From the IMG/VR virus record IMGVR_UViG_3300036979_000267, positions 1 to 61,078 of that record: a DNA stretch of 61,078 nucleotides; one strand, 5' to 3'. Positions 55,347-61,078 of this stretch are shown here, piece by piece (the first letter of the stretch is position 1; each line of letters begins with the position of its first letter). The stretch is from a virus. Its lineage: Duplodnaviria; Caudoviricetes. The notes beneath the pieces are model-generated. The model had not been told where the DNA came from, did not search any database, and was given only the letters and a program-made list of their open reading frames with translations. The position numbers and the translations under genes are program-made.

Positions 55347-58300
55347 TCATTCTCCTTTGAGTTCTCTGATCCGCTCGTCCCTGCGCTGCAGGAGTTCGTC
55401 ACGGCGGGCGTTGAAGGCTATTTGAGCCTCCGCCAAGTCCTTATACTGGGACGATAGCCGCCTCATTTTAGCCACTTCTTTGTCGAACTCCGCATTGATA
55501 CCCCGCGCGACCATGGCCTGAACTGCACCGGCTTCGATGGTGTTGAACGAGTGCACCTGCAACCCGAGGAACTTCTGAGCGGCGTCCAGATTGCCCACGG
55601 GGTTGCCGGTGATGCCCAGTTCGGGTTTACCCTGCCCGCCCATAGCCTTGGTAGCCACGTCCGCAGCGGTGGGTGCCCACGGGGGTGTGAAGGTCTGTGC
55701 CATGAACTTGGCCCGGTCGCCTACTTCCTCCCATGTGCTATCCGTGGGCGCAGAGAGTGGTTTGCCTGTGTAGGGGTCCACACCGCCCATGAGTCCGATG
55801 ATGGCGTTGGTGAACGGGCCGCCGGGGGATACAGGCTGTGGCCAGTTGTTGATGCCGAGGAAGCCCTGTGGCTGCTTATCAAACCAGTTACCGGTGGGTA
55901 CATACGCACCCAGCTTGTAGTACACAGGGTTCTGGTCGTCGCCCAGACCGGGCAGGCGGATGTAGGCGTGCGGGCCGACGCCCCACAGACGGGACTGGAA
56001 TTTCTCCGGGCCGCCTTTGCGCACCTCGTCGTCCTCGTCCCCGCCCATGGCAGCGTCCAGAATGGAGTAGGCCAGCAGCACGTTGACCAGTTTCCACGGC
56101 TTGTGCAGGGCGATGTGCCCCAGCACCGGCATGATGGCGTAAGACCATGACACAAAGGGCAGCACAGATTGGCGCATAACCTTGACGGCCTTGGAGTCGA
56201 TGTCGTAGTCGAGGAAGGCAAAGCGGGCGTAATCCCCGGCTTTCTTGAACTCGGCGGGGGTCAGGTATGTCTTGCCCTTGGTCGTGGCAATCTCGCCCGC
56301 TTTGGACAGGAAGGCAGCCAGCCGGAACGCGTTGTCCTCTGCAGCGTAGAAGGCCGTGATGCGGTCGTCGGTCTTGCCGCCCTCCTTGACCCACTTGGCC
56401 AGCTTGTCTCGCTTGGCCAGTTCCGTGCTCGCCCAGCCGCGCAATTTGTCGTACACGCCAGTGGGCTCGTTGGTTGCGGCCGATGCTTTGTACGCCTCGT
56501 ACAGGGAACGCTTGACCTCGATGCTGGAGAAGTCGCCCAGCATGGCCCCGGAGTTCATGAACGCGTGCATGACGCGGCGCTCCTCGAGGGCCATGGCGTC
56601 CGGGTTCCTGGCGTAGTTGAACAACATGGCTGTGGCCTTGCCCACGGTAACCATAGGGATGTCGTGCATCATGGCCAACGTGGTATTGCTGGCGATGTTG
56701 GTCAAGTGCGTGCCGGGGTTGTAAATCGTCTTGGCCTTTTTGAACAGGCGCATGGTGTCGTGCAGGGCGCTAATGTCGTGGATGGGGCGGCGATCCGTCA
56801 TGTCCTGCACAGCAGCCCAGACATCGGAGCGGACCAGCTTGCCTTGCAGCGCGCCGTACGTGCCCACGGGCACCGAGACCACCTTCCCATCTATCTCCAC
56901 CTCGATGTCCCCCTTGGCGGGAATCTGCACCCATTGATGCTTGCTGCGGTATATACCCTGCAGCTTGGGGGACTTCGCCTCCGGGTCGGACAGGTTCAGG
57001 ATGGAGTTGGGGAGCACTGTGATGTCGAGCGCCTTGTTGAGTTGCTTGACGTTGTCGAAAACCACGCTGTCGGCGTCGCCCGACTTGCTCGCAATGGCAT
57101 CTGTCAGGTTGTTAGATGCGTAGCTGGCCGCCAGAATCGCCATGGTATTGCGAAGCGCGTTGGCCACGGAGTCTGCTTTGCCCTCGTCGATGGCGGCTTT
57201 GGCGTCCCGGTACGCTGTAAAAACGTATGTGTCGGCTTCGACCGCCTTGCCCTCGAACGTCCAGATGAGGCCATCGTTGGCCGGAAACGTGTCCGCAGGG
57301 AGGCTATCCCACCGGGACTCGTGGACAAACCCAGCGGGTATAGGCTCCTTGGTGGGGTTTACTGGGTCGGTCTGCATGAGTTGCTTATACCGGCCGCCCG
57401 GTGTGGGCTTGCCCATGTTGTCCAGTGGCCCGTAGATGTTGTCGCTCATGGACTTGAGCGTCTTTTGCGCGGCCAGTTCGTTCAGCTTGCGGGCGCCCAG
57501 TGCGTTGCTGGACACTTGGTCGGCGCTGGTGGCGAACACCATGGACTCGGAGAATTTCAGGTCGCGGAAAAATGCTTTAGCCTTGGGGCTGCGCAGCGCG
57601 GCAATGTACCGTGCCCGGTGCTCCAGCATCATGTCGGCCAGCTCCTTGGCTTCGACTTGGGCCTTGTCGCCGACGCGGATTTCTTTCACATCGCCGTCGA
57701 GGTATCTGATAATTTCCAGCACGATAGGCGCATCGAACGAAGCGATCTTGTTGGCCAGCGCGTCAGTCACGATGGCACTGGTGTGCTTGTCGGTCTTGAA
57801 CGTCTGGAACCACTCGCGCATCGGCACAGGCACACCGAACGTGGGGTTGACGTAGGAGATGTACTTGGACAGGGCTGGGGATTTGTCCTTGATGTAGTTG
57901 GCGACTTTGCCTGCGGTCTTTTGGAATGATCCCTCCTGCATTTCCAGTTCACCCTTGTCGTTCATCACCTCCTGCCCTGACAACTTCGTCCACCCCATCG
58001 CCCGGAACAGGTGCTCGGTGATGATGTTGGGAATCAGCTTCTTTGTGAACTGGGTGAGGTCGAGCGACTGGGGCTGCCCCGGCTGCGCAGCGTTGGAGGC
58101 GGGAGTGGAGGAGGTGACGGCGGCATTGAGCGTACTCCCACGCTTCACCACGTTTTCTCCAAACGCTTTGGCGCGGTCGTTGACCGTGGACTCTTCTAGT
58201 AATCGGGCGGTGGCGTCCATGACATCGTTGGCCACGGTGTTCGACACACCAAGGAAGCGCTGGAGTAGCTTGGCGAACATGTCGTACAGCTTGTTGGCCA

Positions 58301-61078
58301 GCGAAGCGAACTTCTGGTCCTGTGTGCTGGGTATCTGGCGCAGCGCGGCGACAAAGTCGGGCATGGTCATGCCGTAGGACACCAGTTCCAGCAGGGCAGC
58401 GTTGATGTCCCCCGGTTTGTCGGACTTGGCCAGCCCAGCAATGATGTCGTAGGCGGCCTTGGCGTTCGGGCTCTTGAGTTTGGAGCGGTCGTAGGCCACC
58501 ACGTCCTTGACGGCTTGGCGCAGACGCGCGACGCTCGGGTTGTTGGGCTGTGTGTACACAAGCCACTGCAGGGCAGCGTGAAGCGCCTCGTGCAGCGTTA
58601 CCTCGGCAGATGCGGTTTTAGACAGGTGGATGGTGTCTGTCGCAGGTGTGTAGCTGGCGTGCTCGCCCTCTGCCACGTCGAAAACGACCTTGGGTTTCTT
58701 GGTCTGGCCGCGCATAGCCCGCGACAACGCCGATGCCAGCATGCGTTCGTACGACGTGTTGCCGTGCGCCCACAGGTAGTTGAGTACGCCTTGGAATCCC
58801 TTTTCTTTGGCACCCTTCGTGTGCCCTGCGTAACCGTTTTCTGCGGCGGCGACCAGCGGCTCCTCTGCAGCGCCTTTCTTCTGGATTTCCCACGCGTTGC
58901 GCTTCTCGCCCGTGGAGAGATTGACAAGGTTCTCGGTATTCTCCAACTGCCCGTCGTTGAACATTTTCCACGCGCGACTGAGATTCACGTCCATGGAGGT
59001 CCAGTATGCGCCCTTATCGGTGTCGGTGGTTTTCTTGGCCATCTCGGTCTGCACGCGGGTCTTGAACGCCGCCACGAGGGCGTTGGCGTTGGCCGCCGAG
59101 CCGGATGCAGCAATCAATTCTTCGACGGCGTTGCGCAGTTGCTGCTGGGCTAGTTGTCGAGCCTCGGTGTATTGGGTAGCCTGCAGCGTTCGGGTGCCCG
59201 CGGACTTAGAGATGCTCCCTTCTGACCGCAGCGTGTTGCTCGCCAGATTTGACAACTTCTCGTACGCCTTGGCCACCTTTAGCGCGGCGTCGCGCATGCC
59301 GGTCATCTGTGTAGCGTACTTCTTGGTCAGGTCTTTGTCGGTCTTGGCCGTGCCCTCGACGTAAATCAATGGGGTAGCTGGGGCATTGGTGTCAGGGTTG
59401 AACGGCTTGCGCAGTGCGCGCACGATACCTGCCATGATGTTGCGGCCGATGGTGATACGCCCCTTGGGTTTGCCGCCCGGCAGGGATTGCACGGCAGACT
59501 CCAGTGCCTTGTTGGTCATGGACATACCGGCACCAGAGGCCATAGCGTCCGCAACTGCCTGCGCTAGTTCGGACTCGGGTGTGGATTCGTCGAAGGGTTC
59601 GGCAACCGTTGCCGTTGCTTTGGGTGCCTTTGGACCCTTGGTCGGGGCGGGCTTGGCCGGGGCGACAGGTGCGACAGGCTCTTTACCCGCGATCTTGTCG
59701 TCGATCATCCCCAGAATTTGCGCCTTGGTGGGCTTGCCAGTGATCTGGATGCCCATGTCCTGCGCGGTACGCGCGATGTCGCTGCGGGTCTGCCGGGCGA
59801 GTTTCTGGCGGTCAAAAGGCTCCGCAGGAGTTTGTGGCTCCTGCGGAGTAACTGAGGGGGCGACCGCAGAAGAAACTCCCTCAGAAGGAGACAGAGGTGA
59901 TTCTACCCCGAAAGCACCCGATACGGCTGCGATGCGTTGCTCGACGAGGTCTTCTTTGCGGGCTTGTTCGGCTGCGATGCGTTCTTGCTCGGCCATGGCC
60001 GCCGCACGTTGCTCCTCCAGTGACCCATATCCGCCTTCGAGCGTGGGCTGCGACTGGGGCATACCCTGCCATTCGACACCCGCCTGCCCAGCAGACACAG
60101 GAGCCACTTCCCCTTGGGGAGCGCCTTGGAGTCCCACCATGCTCAGTGGTCCCATGTCGGACGGGGTCATGCCCTGCCACTCCTGTCCGGCGGTAGTAAT
60201 TGGGGTGGATGCTGGGTTGTATCCCATGGGGATAGCGGTGCCCGCGAATATATCTGGCTGGTCCATAACGCGAGGGTCGGCGGACTGCATTTGCGGGGTA
60301 GGGGGATACATTGCAAACTCTCCGCGCCCGCCGAACATATCGGATGTCGGGCCTTCGGAAACTGGCGCGTACTCCTGCGCCGGAGCCGCTGTCTCGGGGG
60401 CCTGTGGCAGCGCTCCCTTCGGGCGGTTCGCATACCCGGCGGCCACGCCAAACGGGGCCATGAGCGCGGACATACCGAGGCCAACTTTCGCACCCTCGAC
60501 GCCTGCGGCGAACGGGTCTCCGGTGGTGATCCCGGCATCGCGCTCCACGGCGGTCTGCCCGTAGGCTTGACCGAATTCTGTACCAGCCTGCACACCGGCG
60601 TTGGCCAGCAAGTCCACAGCCACGCGTTTGCCCTGCCCCATCTGCACGCCCTTGGCCATGGCGGAAAGACCCTTGCCAGCGCCAGTAATCAGCCCGAGAC
60701 CCAGCCGGTCGCCAATAAGTTCTCCACCCGCCTCGATAGCGCCGGTCTTCAGGGCCGCAGCCTTGGCATCCTCTTGGCTCAGGCCCGCTTTAAGACCTCG
60801 CTCGTAGGTGTCGGACGCTGTGGAACCGAAAAACAGTCCACCGGCTACGCCTGTGCCCACGATGGGAGCCGCCATCATTGCGGCGCCCGCAGCCACAGAA
60901 GGGGCAAGGGACCGGCCGCCCTTGATGAGCGCAGAGGCGACTTCGCCCCGACCATACACGTCGGGGTTGTACTGGGCTTGGCCCGTGTCGAACTCGTCAC
61001 CCGTTTGTTTCAGGAATTCTTCGGCCGCTGACCCCGCCGGGGCAGCAAACTGCGCGGCGCGCACACCCATCTGGGGGA
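55347..61078 (-). CDS. Giant internal virion protein (about 2070 aa with the 1-611 part); zincin-like HExxH and large-polyvalent-type C-terminus
   Basis: 1907-aa ORF in the track; VTLHEALHA; C-terminal KTIYNPGTHLTN, AEDNAFRLA, PFVSWSY and DPYTGKP motifs. Confidence 0.75.
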   Translation of the reverse strand, partial: PQMGVRAAQFAAPAGSAAEEFLKQTGDEFDTGQAQYNPDVYGRGEVASALIKGGRSLAPSVAAGAAMMAAPIVGTGVAGGLFFGSTASDTYERGLKAGLSQEDAKAAALKTGAIEAGGELIGDRLGLGLITGAGKGLSAMAKGVQMGQGKRVAVDLLANAGVQAGTEFGQAYGQTAVERDAGITTGDPFAAGVEGAKVGLGMSALMAPFGVAAGYANRPKGALPQAPETAAPAQEYAPVSEGPTSDMFGGRGEFAMYPPTPQMQSADPRVMDQPDIFAGTAIPMGYNPASTPITTAGQEWQGMTPSDMGPLSMVGLQGAPQGEVAPVSAGQAGVEWQGMPQSQPTLEGGYGSLEEQRAAAMAEQERIAAEQARKEDLVEQRIAAVSGAFGVESPLSPSEGVSSAVAPSVTPQEPQTPAEPFDRQKLARQTRSDIARTAQDMGIQITGKPTKAQILGMIDDKIAGKEPVAPVAPAKPAPTKGPKAPKATATVAEPFDESTPESELAQAVADAMASGAGMSMTNKALESAVQSLPGGKPKGRITIGRNIMAGIVRALRKPFNPDTNAPATPLIYVEGTAKTDKDLTKKYATQMTGMRDAALKVAKAYEKLSNLASNTLRSEGSISKSAGTRTLQATQYTEARQLAQQQLRNAVEELIAASGSAANANALVAAFKTRVQTEMAKKTTDTDKGAYWTSMDVNLSRAWKMFNDGQLENTENLVNLSTGEKRNAWEIQKKGAAEEPLVAAAENGYAGHTKGAKEKGFQGVLNYLWAHGNTSYERMLASALSRAMRGQTKKPKVVFDVAEGEHASYTPATDTIHLSKTASAEVTLHEALHAALQWLVYTQPNNPSVARLRQAVKDVVAYDRSKLKSPNAKAAYDIIAGLAKSDKPGDINAALLELVSYGMTMPDFVAALRQIPSTQDQKFASLANKLYDMFAKLLQRFLGVSNTVANDVMDATARLLEESTVNDRAKAFGENVVKRGSTLNAAVTSSTPASNAAQPGQPQSLDLTQFTKKLIPNIITEHLFRAMGWTKLSGQEVMNDKGELEMQEGSFQKTAGKVANYIKDKSPALSKYISYVNPTFGVPVPMREWFQTFKTDKHTSAIVTDALANKIASFDAPIVLEIIRYLDGDVKEIRVGDKAQVEAKELADMMLEHRARYIAALRSPKAKAFFRDLKFSESMVFATSADQVSSNALGARKLNELAAQKTLKSMSDNIYGPLDNMGKPTPGGRYKQLMQTDPVNPTKEPIPAGFVHESRWDSLPADTFPANDGLIWTFEGKAVEADTYVFTAYRDAKAAIDEGKADSVANALRNTMAILAASYASNNLTDAIASKSGDADSVVFDNVKQLNKALDITVLPNSILNLSDPEAKSPKLQGIYRSKHQWVQIPAKGDIEVEIDGKVVSVPVGTYGALQGKLVRSDVWAAVQDMTDRRPIHDISALHDTMRLFKKAKTIYNPGTHLTNIASNTTLAMMHDIPMVTVGKATAMLFNYARNPDAMALEERRVMHAFMNSGAMLGDFSSIEVKRSLYEAYKASAATNEPTGVYDKLRGWASTELAKRDKLAKWVKEGGKTDDRITAFYAAEDNAFRLAAFLSKAGEIATTKGKTYLTPAEFKKAGDYARFAFLDYDIDSKAVKVMRQSVLPFVSWSYAIMPVLGHIALHKPWKLVNVLLAYSILDAAMGGDEDDEVRKGGPEKFQSRLWGVGPHAYIRLPGLGDDQNPVYYKLGAYVPTGNWFDKQPQGFLGINNWPQPVSPGGPFTNAIIGLMGGVDPYTGKPLSAPTDSTWEEVGDRAKFMAQTFTPPWAPTAADVATKAMGGQGKPELGITGNPVGNLDAAQKFLGLQVHSFNTIEAGAVQAMVARGINAEFDKEVAKMRRLSSQYKDLAEAQIAFNARRDELLQRRDERIRELKGE
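60952..61078. repeat. Terminal 127-bp direct repeat (identical to 1-127)
   Basis: Exact sequence identity. Confidence 0.95.

Noticed and set aside
60952-61078. 127-bp terminal repeat as a biological DTR
   Set aside because: Length equals a common assembler k-mer and it falls mid-CDS; it indicates circular assembly only.

Overview
Complete, circularly assembled ~60.95-kb dsDNA tailed-phage genome (bases 1-127 repeat exactly at 60952-61078, most likely an assembly overlap). It is GC-rich and podovirus-like: no tape-measure gene is evident, and there are large internal virion proteins. The minus-strand late arm (28.7 kb leftward, wrapping through the origin to 55.1 kb) carries terS, terL, portal, scaffold, capsid, adaptors, tail fibres, lysis genes and ejection proteins. 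The plus-strand early/replication arm (29.2-55.1 kb) carries many small ORFs, an AAA ATPase plus VWA/metallopeptidase, a family-A DNA polymerase, a Cas4-like nuclease, VRR-NUC, an SNF2 helicase, an SSB-like protein and a primase-helicase. No integrase, tRNA or CRISPR array was recognised. Most notable: (1) the terminase intein carries an HNH endonuclease as a separately initiated gene overprinted in another reading frame, preceded by an exact 16-bp copy of the intein's downstream flank; (2) the helicase mini-intein holds an internally deleted relic of a second out-of-frame endonuclease gene; (3) a 16-bp palindrome TAATCCC-RY-GGGATTA occurs 11 times exactly and twice degenerately, only in the early arm; (4) a gp49/66 + DUF2829 (Tad2-like) fusion is a candidate dual anti-defence sponge. 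All family calls come from motif recognition by eye; no database search was run.
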